A model generated the notes under the pieces. The model saw only the letters and a program-made list of their open reading frames with translations. It had not been told where the DNA came from and ran no database searches. Made by a program: the position numbers and the translations under genes. Below, piece by piece: positions 41,754 to 53,129 of a stretch of DNA of 64,000 bases. The DNA is from Microbotryum violaceum. Lineage: Eukaryota. Within the stretch, counting starts at the first letter, position 1. The number at the start of each line of letters is the position of its first letter. The stretch lies in the NCBI GenBank assembly GCA_001244265.2, contig CDLV01000015.1, forward strand, positions 868,001 to 932,000, given 5' to 3'.

Positions 41754-42946
41754 CTCGAACCTCATCCCGCGCACACTGTACTGCGATGCCTTCACCGCAC
41801 AGTTTCCGACTTCGACCTCCGCGATGGTCGATTTCAACATTGAAATAGTCAAAGGTGAGTGAGTATTGGATCGTTGGAGCCAAAGGAGTGCACTGTCTGC
41901 ACAATACTATCCTGACTGCGCAATCCGAAACGGGTCACCTTAGACCGACGATTCTTGTTCGAGCACGATCTCCTTCCCCGTCACTTTCAAACGGCAACAT
42001 CATGATCGATCGAGCCAATGAAAGGTGTGCTTGTGGACCTCAACGGGATGGGTGATTGGGGCCTTGCGTCGGCGGCGTCGGAAGTTGTACATGTTGCAAC
42101 AAGGACTAAGAGGTACTCCACGACTCAGCTCCGAGATACACGAGTGAGATGATGAGAATAGCGTGGAGAAGGAACCCAGAAGGAAAAAAGACGCAAAGAC
42201 AAAGATAGGCGCGCGCGCAGAATAAAGTATTAACCAAGACTAATAGCAATGAGTTAGGCTCTCAGACCCCACTTCTAACAGTACAAAGCGCAATTCATAT
42301 TCGAGGCCACAAGTTCAAGGTGACTGACGACTGTGCGACTATCTACGCAGGGAGTCTTAGCCTTCCTGGCCAAGGCAGGACATCCAGACGAAGGAGTTCT
42401 GCACCTCATACAATCTGGCAGCTCATTGAGGGTTGACCAACTGATGGACGTTGTTCAAGCCCTCTCTGAGGTGCCAGATTGTATGATATGCAGAACTCCT
42501 TCGTCTGGATGTCTTCCCTTAGCTAGGAAAGCCAAGAAGCCCACCGTAGTATCGTCGCGCAGTCGTCAGTCACCTTGAAGCAGCCCTGCTAGACAGCCAC
42601 ATACGTACTGCGCTCTCCGCCGGTTTCCACACCGCAGACGCAGGTGCCCGATCCATCATCCGTTAAGTTCCACGAGCACACTTCGGCTCAATCGGTCATG
42701 AGACTGCCGTTGGGGACGTGACGAGAAAGGAGAGAGTGCTCGAACAAGAATCGTCGTTTTAAGGTGACCCGTTTCTGACTGCTCAGTCAGCTCAGGATTG
42801 TGCAGACAGCGCACTGCTTTGGCTCTAACGACCCAATACTCACCTTTGAATATTCAAATGTTGAGATCGACCATCACGGAGGTCGAAGTCGGAAACCGTG
42901 CGGTACAGGCATCGCACTGCAGTGTGCGGGGGATGAAGTTCGAGTG
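41754..42946. repeat. Diverged inverted duplication (arms ~41754-41975 and ~42728-42946)
   Basis: Plus-strand IPRTLYCDAFTAQFPTSTSAMVDFNI matches minus-strand IPRTLQCDACTARFPTSTSVMVDLNI. DNA similarity continues through a shared aaag/gtgagt donor-like site and intron-like sequence. Confidence 0.9.
42092..42280. mobile_element. Solo LTR (second family)
   Basis: TGTT...AACA termini with a 5-bp TSD GTACA at 42087-42091 and 42281-42285. Confidence 0.85.
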
Positions 42947-45124
42947 CCCACTGTGCGGGATCGAAGGAGGTAATGCGCGCCATGCAATGGAGAATCGACA
43001 ATTGGTTGTTAGAGAAGTGTGATGACAGGAGATCGAGAGGATGAAACGGACCCAGGCATGTGCTGAAGGCGGCAGATTGGACATGTTCACCTGAGGGGAG
43101 GCTGCGAGTGAGTGCGATCGCTCCAAGGTCAGCCAGTCCGCTCTGCAAGAAATGCAATAGCATCCGCTTGAACATCGGAGCCCAGACTACGGCCTACAGT
43201 TGATAGGCTCGGGCGAACGGAACCCGCGAGGGTCTGTACGTACAACTTCAAGCCGCTTCGGGAGAGGGTGACGGAAGATCCATCGCCGAATCAGGGTTGC
43301 AGCGGTGTTGATCTGCCGCCTCAAGGTGTCTCCCTTTTGCGGCGTGCTCCGACCCTCGAGCCTCGCTTGGCACACTTCTCGATCGAAACCTCGCAAGGAA
43401 GGATTCCCATGACTTACTGTAGCAACAATATCTTGGTTGACCGTGTTCGACGAAGTAGATGTTCGCCAGCATCGAGTTTCTAACGATCAGGGTGATTCAG
43501 GGGGTCAGCCGAGTCAGTGGTGATATGGCGTGCACATTTGAGCGCGCTGGCGAGCCGCAACGAGACGGCGAAGACCACTGGAAGTTCGGATCGGCGGTAC
43601 TTACGGTGGAGAAGGGCAGTAGGCGAAACGAGCACAGCCTCAAAGTATCGATATATTCTATGATTCATGCTGAGTGAAACACGGGACGCTGCACTTGGGT
43701 TGATACAGGAGAAGTGAGCGAGAGGACTGAGCGGGAGGAGAGCGAAAAAGCGCTTCGACCCAAGCGCCGCAGTTCGCTGCGGGCGTGCTAAACGCGGCAT
43801 TTAGCCGAGGGAAGCACTCTAGCGCCGAATCGGATCATCGTCATCGTGACGATCGATCGACGATGCTCACATGACACAACCACATCTCCCTTCGGCATCG
43901 ATTCATTGTTTGCAGCATCTCGAGTCGTGTCAGTCATGACTCCGTCATAGGTTATTGTGGCTCTCTGGCCGGCCCTGTGGCTGATCTCTTCAAGCCAAGC
44001 TCGATATCGAGAAGGGGTGATGTCTCATTCTGCATTTCAGCTCGTTCCGTAAAGACGTCATTTGTAGAAGATACATCGTGTTCGCATGTGTACGTGCTTC
44101 TTCTCCGCGGTGAGGATCGCTAGCGCAGTACAGCCGGACAGGAGCTACATTGAATCTCTGTTGCCACAAAATTGTGACTCGGGGAGAAAACAAACAAACG
44201 GAGAAATGAACCCGTCGACGCCCTAACGGCAGCACAGAGGATATCTGCTTGCACAGCTGGAAAATATTGCAGATGTCACTGCTTATTGCCAAGCGCCGAT
44301 GATCGAGGGGTCGGCTGGCAGATCAGATCAGAGGCCGGCGGGTGCGGAGTTGCGAACATCACCGGCGACCGCGACGGCGTCAGCGGCTCCAAGCCTCGGA
44401 CTTGTGATAAGCATTTGCAACCCCCAAGCGACCTCGACTGGCCGACATTTTTTTTTTCACACGCAAAGAACATGAAAATGACCAACGCTATGAAAGCTTA
44501 CCAAGGGTTGTGATTCTGACTCGACCGTCTCCGAATGCGATCTGTCTGTTCGAGCGAGTTCGATGGGAAGGTCTGCTGAGCTTGCACCTCGAAGCCGAAC
44601 AGGGTCATGCGTTTGAAAATGTTTAGGTCATTTTCGATTGTAGAGCGAGGTGGATCGAGCAAGGCACATCGTGATGATCAAGCGTCAGTTTCGTCGGGCC
44701 GGTCACGCCGCCGCCGGCTCATTTCACATCGGGGGGGAGGAGGCTCTTGGTTCTCCTAACTCCGCCGAATTGATTCTGCGGGTCCGATGAATGGTGTTGA
44801 CGACTCTCAACATACAATAAAAATAAAAATTGTGAGTTCCACCCGTTTTCGTGCACGAACAACCAACTTGATTCACTCGGCTGCGACCTTGATGTGGTTC
44901 AACGCGTCATCCCTCCGCCTAAAACAGGCGCCCGGCGCATGCTCGACCCGGTGCGGACAGGAGGTCCGTGCAACCAGAGAGGGCAGGGCGGTGGGGCTCG
45001 AATCGGCGCGAGTCCGGGCGGAAGCGACTCTCTCTCACGTTCTTCCCATCACCCTCCCGAGTCTTGTACGTTTCATCGCTACCAGCTCGTCTACAACGCC
45101 ATAACATCCAACTTTGTCGAAAAT

Positions 45125-46468
45125 ATGGTCAAGAATCACCCCACCTACGCTGACATGGTTTATGTAAGTCATCCTGCCACACGCTGCATAATCCGTCAAG
45201 TCCGATCGTTGTGCCACGATCCCCCCCCCCCCCCTCTCTTGGAATTCGTTCGGCGCTGACACTTGGGGGACAAGATCTGAACATCTCGGTTTTTTTGCAC
45301 GCTACAGGAAGCTTTTGTGAATGTGGATCGACAGTGAGTAGTACAACCGAGGACTCGAATTCGAACTCATGCGATCGGCGGCGCGCCGTCCGAATTTTGA
45401 CATCGCGTGCGCCTTTGAACGCGGATTCCTATTCGTCGGGATTTCGGACGAACCGAACCGAAAACTCGAAAACTCAAAACTCAAAACTCGGAACTCGACA
45501 ACTCGAAAACTCGAAGACTCGCTTCAATTGACAGGCGCGAGGAACCTTGCTCCCCTAATCCTCTGTTTTTATCCTTTCAGTACCAAATTGGCTCACGTCA
45601 AGATCAAAAAATACCTTCAAGAAGTGTACGAGATCGATCTGAATAAAACGAGTAGCAAGTTAGCGCTCAAGAGGGCTTTAGAGGTTAGTAGTGATCGATT
45701 CGAATTTGAAGCTTCAAGGCCGTGGCCAGGGGTGCCATGGGCGGGCCGGCACTGAAAAGTCGGGCTGGACCCGCCGCCTGTGTGGGAAGTTCGAGTCGAG
45801 CGAGAGTTCATAACCCCTGATTTTTGATTGCGTTTATAGCATGCGGTTGATGAAGGGTTGTTGCAATTGGTGAGTTGGTCGAGGTGGGTTAATAGTTGTT
45901 GGAAAAGTTCAGGGAGTTTTAATGGACAGTCGTTGGGGTCCGGGGTTTCGGTCAATAGATTGGAGCGTCGTACAAGATGACCGCAACCGGTCTTCACCAC
46001 CTTCAAGGCGCTAGGTTCTCGTCCGAACCGGATCCCAAGAAACCCAAGAAAGAAATAGTCAAGAAGCCGGCGGTGAAAAAATCGACGACGAGGATCAAGA
46101 CGGTTATGAAAGCTCGCGTCAAGGCTGGGACGCTTGCGGCTTCGAAGAAGAAGACGAACGCCGGGAAGACGAAAAAGACGAATGGATTAGTAATGAACAA
46201 GGTGAAGACTCGAGTCAAGACGAGTGCGGATGCGAAGAACAAGGACAAGTTGGCGACGACGTCGAATAAGATCGTCGTTGTTCCTATTAAAGGGGATGCT
46301 GAAACGTTAGCTGAGCCAACCCTTCTGGACGAACGACCGCCTGCGGAAGGCGAGGAACCGCAGACCGAGACTGAGCGTGAAGAGGATGAGGACGGCGAGT
46401 TGCCTGCACCCCAAGTGGGAGGCCTAGAGGCAAGGGTCGCGGTTGGGGAAAGGATGAGGAACAGGTAA
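45125..46468 (+). CDS. Linker histone H1/H5-like protein
   Basis: Exons read MVKNHPTYADMVY, EAF.., KIKKYLQEVY..ALKRALE, HAVDEGLLQL and IGASYKM (H15 winged-helix pattern), followed by a Lys-rich tail. Confidence 0.8.
45450..45520. repeat. Degenerate (AAAACTCG)n tandem repeat in an H1 intron
   Basis: Directly visible aaaactcgaaaactcaaaactcaaaactcgg... tract. Confidence 0.8.
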
Positions 46469-46811
46469 CGCCGGAGAAGAACAAGATCCACGGTCGTGGA
46501 TCTGGCGGGCTTGATGTAGGGCAGGGGCCGGGGCGCCGAGGAAGAAGTCCGCTCACGGAGGAGAGTGAAGGATCATAGGGTCGGGCTTTAAAGCTTGTGT
46601 TAGGGTTCCTGTTCACCAATCAGTCCGTCATCCTCGCTTGTAGCAATTTTGTCGTCTTTCCGTCTTTCGTTCGTGTTTCTGTCCCTGCCTCTGCATTTTC
46701 GTCCGTGATGCTCTCTACTTTAACGCATTAGTAACCTTTAATCTCGCACTTGCTTTCGTCACAACCTTGACAAAAAAGTACAACACTTCAAAGCCGAACC
46801 AGGATCGATTT

Positions 46812-48662
46812 CTACTGAATCGCCTCCTTGATCATTTCATCTCCTCTTCCAAGCCCGGTCCAACTCCCCTCAATCGAACACACCCAATCTGTACCAGCTC
46901 CCGTACTGATTGAAGAAGCGGGGACGATCACGCCGTTCTCTGAAGCTGCTAGGAAACGGGGTAAAATTTGGACTTGGGAGGTGGTGGGTGCGGGGGTGTG
47001 GGATGAGGTGTTGGGTAGGTCTTCGGATGAGGGGAGGGTGAGGAATTGAAAGAGTGAGGAAGGGAGGGTATGACTTGATAGATAGGGGGCGAGGGATCGT
47101 GTCGAAGGAACTGCGTGAGCGTTGTCCCGAGCCCCCAACATAAGGTTCATTAGCTTCAACCACAAGTCAAGAGAGGGAGCCTTCTCAGAGAATAATAAAA
47201 AAACTGACGACGACCCAATCCCCTTTTTTAAGATCGCGTTCGGTATCCAAACTCATCGCGCCTCGGGATGGATCTCCTGCCATTAAACGACAGACGAAAG
47301 AAGCTTCGGAGAGGTCGATCGTCCCCGAGGCGTTGGATGGTGAGGGTTTGGTAGGGAATACGGCGGCGTAAAAGGGTTGGTCTTTTTCGGATTGGGAGAG
47401 GGACCATGTTTTGGGTTTTAGGTGGGAGGGGTTGGGGGAGGATGCTTGGAGAGCGTTGACGGCGTTGAGTAGGAGGCGAGCGGCGTTTTGACTCGAAAGG
47501 GTGAGGATGATGTTGCCTTTTGAACTGTGGGTAGAAGGACAGGTCCAGTACCGGTAAAGATGAGAGAGTTTTGTTATACGATGGGGAAACGTACGAGTTC
47601 ACTTTGAACGCCTTGTCCTCCCCCAGACCGAAAGGAACTAGACCTTCGTAACCGACTTGAACGCCTTTGCGCTTGTCAGTCTGAGCGGCCTCGTCGACGA
47701 TCGCTATCGCTACTGCCCCTGTCGAATGCAGTTCCCCATCGGATGTGATGAGCGTGAAGGGCTGACCCGTGGGGGAGTGAAAAGGTGTGGAAGAAGCTGT
47801 TAGACCGAGCTATGGGGGGGTTGTCGGAGAAAGAGAGGGAAGGGTTTTCAGTGGCATGTGGTGGGCTTTCGCGGTTTGAGAACGGACTTTTTGGGTGTTG
47901 GCGTATGTAGTAGAGAGGAGTTGAAGGAGGGGTGTGGAGCGATCCGAGGTAATGTAGATGAGTTGTTTGACGTGGGCAGGACTGGACAGGGGTCAAGTGG
48001 GGGGAGAGTGCTCAGTTGAGAGTGGGGGGAGGATCGATCGATCGCTGCCTTTCTCGACGCTCGAGAACTGACTCGATCGCTTCCAAACCTTCCCACCTCT
48101 TCCCCTGGCCAGCGTTCGTACTCGAAGTGTTGAGCCCAAAACTCCAGCCCTGCTCGCCTGTCAAGAAGGCGCGCAAGGCCGCTTCGGACAACTCATCCTG
48201 ATCGTCCGAATGCAGCGAGCGCGGCGATTTGTGTTCACGTCCGAGCGAAATGTTGGGACGACCTAGGAGGGTCGAGTATACGGTGTGAGCTCTGGCCTGG
48301 GTCGTACAGGTGGGCGTGTAGGTGGCTAGGGAGAGGGAGAAGGGGTGGGGACTGCAGGAGGAGGGAGGGTACGGCGTTTCGGTCAAGGCGCCGAGGACTC
48401 GATGCCCTTGCAAAGTGAGGTGGCTGTGGATTTCGGACAGGTAGGAATAGGGCGTCGATTTGGAGAGGCAGAATAGCGTGGAGGGGCTGCAGAACGGGGG
48501 TGTGGACGACGGGGAGGGATGACGTCGTTTCAGTTCAGACAGGAGCGGCTCAGGGGAGTCGCTGAGGTAGGTGCTACACGTCCAGAGCGTGCGGGACGGG
48601 ACGCGGCAAGGCAGAGTACGAGGCAGCGTGCTAGGCAGGATCCGTGGCGGGAGCAGGGACAT
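46812..48662 (-). CDS. Fungal FIST-domain-like protein
   Basis: Spliced gene with GRPNISLGRE, SKGNIILTLSSQNAARLLL, LMAGDPSRGAMSLD and FLAASENG motifs, which resemble basidiomycete FIST-domain proteins. Confidence 0.6.
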
Positions 48663-49016
48663 GTTTCCCCCGAGGAGTCACAGGCAGAGAGAGAGACAGA
48701 GAGAGCGACAAGTCACCACTTGGAGCTGCGGTGGCTGCGAAGGGCGTCGCCGGAGAGAGCGGAGGAGCAGAGAGGAGCGCGACGCGGCATGCTACCAGCG
48801 CAGAAGGATGATAGGTGAGATTGAGTGGGCATGGAATCCATCGGAAAGATGATCGGGCCAGTTCGTAGCCGACGTTATGATACAAAAAAAAAAAAGAGAC
48901 CTGCGACGCATTCCCCTGTCTCTTCCTCCGCTCCGGCCGTATGTTCCCCAGCAACGTCCAACTTGTTCTAATCGTTACTGTTCTGTCTTGCTTCCCAATC
49001 AAAAGTACGTGGTGGT

Positions 49017-49651
49017 TTAGAAGCCGGGCGGTACGATCTGGCCTGGTTGCGCCGGTTGGGCGAATTGGGTTTGCGTTTGCGCTTGCGGTGTCGCGGCCTG
49101 TCGAGGAAGTATACAAACATGGGTGTTAAATCATAGAATAGATCGTATTCGATGAGCAGGGTTCTCTCGCCGGACAGAGCAGACGTCTGCCGATGGGTGG
49201 GCGAATCTCGATCTCGATCGTGCTCGGATTCGCGCATAGTAAACAGAAAACTGACCTGCTGCCCCATGTACTGCAACTCTTGCTGCACCAAACCCGCCTC
49301 CCCCTCGATGGCCAACATTAAAGGCAAACCGACCAAGATCGCACTCGTGCACGCGATCCAGGCCGCACTGCCTCCCAAAGTACCGAGACTCCAGGCCCAG
49401 GAATGGAGAGTGGCGGCGGAGTTGTGCAGTGAGGCTCGAGTGGAGGGGGGGATCATGTCCTTCAGGGCGTAGAAACGACTCGAGAACGATTCGGTGGAGG
49501 CGTCAAACGCTGTGAGAGAGAGGTCGTCGTCGTCGTCGTCCGAGTCGAGCCCGGCGCCGGGTCGTTGAGCGGCCGAGCGCGAGTCGTCCGACGCGTTCGA
49601 GGACGCATCCGACCACGCGTCTTCGTTGGTCACATCCTGGATCTGGACCAT
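49017..49651 (-). CDS. TOM22: Mitochondrial import receptor subunit Tom22
   Basis: Acidic N-terminus, ESFSSRFYALKDMIPP and TM segment AWIACTSAILVGLPLMLAIEGE; one intron. Confidence 0.92.
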
Positions 49652-49997
49652 GGTTTGCGGGATGGGAGGTGGGGTGGTGGTTGGGGTGTGGGTGTGGGTG
49701 TGGGTGTGGGAGGAACGGAGTCGAGAGTGAGTTGCGCTGCTGCTGAGCGCTGAGCGCCTGAGATCGCACGCGCGTCGAACCGGCTTCTCCAAATTGAGCT
49801 CGACAGTAAGCTCGACATTAGCTCGGCTGGTTAGCTTCTAATGGACGGCAGAGCCTGGCTCAGAGCTCGGACCTCTCGCACTTGCTTGAGCTTGAACGCG
49901 GCAAACTCGACTTGGTTCTCCCTCCTCCCCTCTCTCCCCTCACCCCTGTCCCCCTCTTCCCTTCTTCCACGCCCCCTTTTCCTTCGCGTGGTCCGAT

Positions 49998-52755
49998 ATG
50001 GCCAGCACGAGGGATATCCGGGTCTGCTTGGTCGGCGAGGAAGGCGTCGGCAAGTCGACCTTGATCAGCTCGCTCATAAAGTCAGTTTCAGTTCATTGCC
50101 AACTTGGAATCGGATCGTGCGCTAGGCAAACGAAGATGCCAGTAGGTATACATAACCGATGCTCAGCCATAGACCATGCTCTCTCACACAGGGAACACTT
50201 TGTCAAGCTCGCTCCGCGCACGGTCCTACCCGAAGTGACGATCCCTCCGTCCGTCACGCCAGGTCATCAGGTCACCACCATCATCATCGATACATCTCGT
50301 CAGTCTGGCCCCACGAGAGCGGTGAGCAGCGCGGGGCGTGCGATGCCCGTACAGTTGCGCTGATCGGGAATCTTCAACGGTACGATGTCGTCCATTCAGC
50401 TCGATCACAAGACCGAGCTCATTTGGTCAACGAAATTCGCAAGGCTCACGTCGTCGCTATCGTTTGTGAGTGTAATCGGCCCCGTTCGGGATTTGCTTTT
50501 TGACCGGCATGGTCACTCAACCCGACTGGTGCAACTTGTTCAGACGCGATCGACAATCCCACCTCGTTCGATCGCGTACCGACCTACTGGCTACCAACGA
50601 TCCGTTCGCTCGGAGTCAACGTCCCCGTGATCCTCATCGGCAACAAGATCGACCTCCGTTCGGGTCAAGTCACGAACGAAGCCCTCGAGGACGAATGCGT
50701 ACCGATCATGCACGAGTTTAAAGAGGTTGAAACGGTCGTCGAATGTTCGGCCAAGTTGCCGTTGAACGTAGGTGAATGCTTTTATTTCGCCCAGAATGCG
50801 GTCCTACATCCGACTGCACCCTTGTACGATACGAGGGAGCATGTGAGTTGATCAATTTTTTTGATCGATCGATCGTCGTCGTAGTCGAGAGATGACTGAT
50901 TGAAGAAACGCTTTCTCCGGACGGACAGACTTTGAAACCGGCTTGCGTCGCCGCCCTCTCTCGCATCTTTAAACTTTGCGATATCAACAAGGACGGCCTC
51001 CTCTCTGACGACGAACTGAATGATTTTCAACGCGTATGCTTCGACGCACCTCTACAAGCTCGAGAATTAGCCGGTATCAAAGAGGTCGTCAGTCAAGGCA
51101 CACAAGACGATCAGCAACCGGCGATCGTGGACGACGCTTTGACAGAGGAAGGCTTCCTCTATTTGCATACGTACTTTATACAAAAGGGAAGATTGGAAAC
51201 GACGTGGAAGGCGTTGAGGACGTTTGGTTACGGTGAGGACCTCAGTTTGAGGGAAGATTTTTTGCATCCTAGGTGAGTATCGAACCAGTTCAATCCGGGT
51301 TGAAGGTTAAACTCAACTGATTCGAAACTCTTGTTCGCGCTTTTGGCACCCCGGACCAGATTCGACATCCCCGCGGATTGTACGGCCGAACTTTCCCCCA
51401 AGGGTTACCAATGGTTCACCGACATTTTCGAAACGTTCGATAAGGATCGCGATGGTGCTTTAGCCGCTTGCGAATTGGACGACCTGTTCTCCACTTCACC
51501 GGGTAACCCTTGGCTCGCGAATGGGTTCCCCGGTACGACGATCACGAATGATGGAGGGAACGTGACCTTACAAGGTTGGTTGGCGCAGTGGAGTATGACC
51601 ACTTTATTGGAACCGAGGGTCACTTTGGCCTATTTGGCTTATTTGGGATATTCTCATTCGGGCGGGAATGGTGGGAGTGGGATAGGGCCCGGGTTGAAGT
51701 CGAGTGATCCGACTTCGGCTTTGATCATCACTCGACCGAGGAAGCAGGATCGTAAGAAGGGCACCGTACAGAGGAACGTCTTTCTCGCTTACGTGCTCGG
51801 AGCGGCGGGTAGTGGTAAAACGAATCTTTTGAGGGCGTTCGTAGGGAAAGGCTTCAGGGAGAGACACGAACCGACGATGAGGAACGAGACCGTCGTCGGT
51901 AGTGTGGAATGGGGTGGGGGAGAAAAGTATTTGGTGGTGAGTTTGCGTTCGCGGAACCGCATGAGCATCGTTCGATGAAAAGTAGGGGGGCTGAACAATA
52001 CGCTGGGTGTGATATTTGCAGTTGCAAGAGTTTGGCTCGAATTACGAGTCGGAAATGTTGAGAATGGCGAAAAAATTGGCGATGGCCGATGCGTTGATTT
52101 TTGTTTATGATTCTTCGGATACGAATTCGTTTTCTTACATCTCCAATTTACGGGTACGTTCGAGGATGAACTTTTACAGGGGAGCTGGGTACTGATATCT
52201 TCCTTATTCGGGGGGGTTCCCTTTTGTCCAGCAACAATTCAAACTTGATGATCACCCCTCCCTCTTTGTCGCGACGAAATCGGACCTCGACTTGGCGCAA
52301 CAGAGGCATGAGGTACAACCGGATACGTATTGTCGCAAATTGGGATTACAGGTCCCGGTAGCGGTGAGCGTGAAGCAAGCGCAATTGGCGGATTTGTTTC
52401 ATACGATTACGAGCGTCGCGACCCATCCGTACGTTGAGGTTTTTCTTTCTTTTTCTTCAAAGACCAGAGAGGGGGTTCGGACTGATGATGAATGGTGTTT
52501 TTTTGGGGGTTCTATGGTTTTATTATTGACAGGCTCAGTTCGATCCCCAACTCGAATCGCAAGAACGCCAACTCGTCGAGATCGCTCCTCGGATTAGGCA
52601 TACCCGCCAACGCCGGTTTCACGACTTATTTCTACGCGACGGCGGGCGTAGTAGGCTTGTTCGCTGTCGGGGCGATGGTGTGGAAATCGGTCGTTAAAGG
52701 CAAGGCTGGAGGGGGTGTCGTGGTAGGTGGTTTGGGAGGGACGGTTGGGAGATAG
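49998..52755 (+). CDS. GEM1: Mitochondrial Rho GTPase (Miro)
   Basis: GTPase domain (GEEGVGKST, GNKID), EF hands (DINKDGLLSDDEL, DKDRDGALAACEL), LQGWLAQWSMTTLL, a second GTPase (GAAGSGKT) and a C-terminal TM anchor. Confidence 0.97.
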
Positions 52756-53129
52756 GGTTTTTGGGGAGTTTTTTTTGTAGAGGTGATGATCATGATGATG
52801 AAATATTTGATGACGTTTCAGTGAGATGGGTGATCTGAGCCAAGATCGACGCCCCCCAAGTCGGCGGGAATGAGTATTAGGCCTGGAGCTAATCATGATC
52901 GTAATAACCAAAGTGGATCGATTGCGGGCGGCGATGACCCGAGCTCGCGCGTGTTTGGTCCTCGCTTGCTCCCCTCCCCTCCCCACACGCACACGTTCAA
53001 CCCCGGCTTGGCTCACACCACACACGACGGGGGTGTATCATCCCCCATCCTCTCGACGCACCACACTTCCTTGATCTTTCGCGCCAGGTTAAAACACCCC
53101 TCACCTCGTTGGACCCGTCGTGCACCTCT

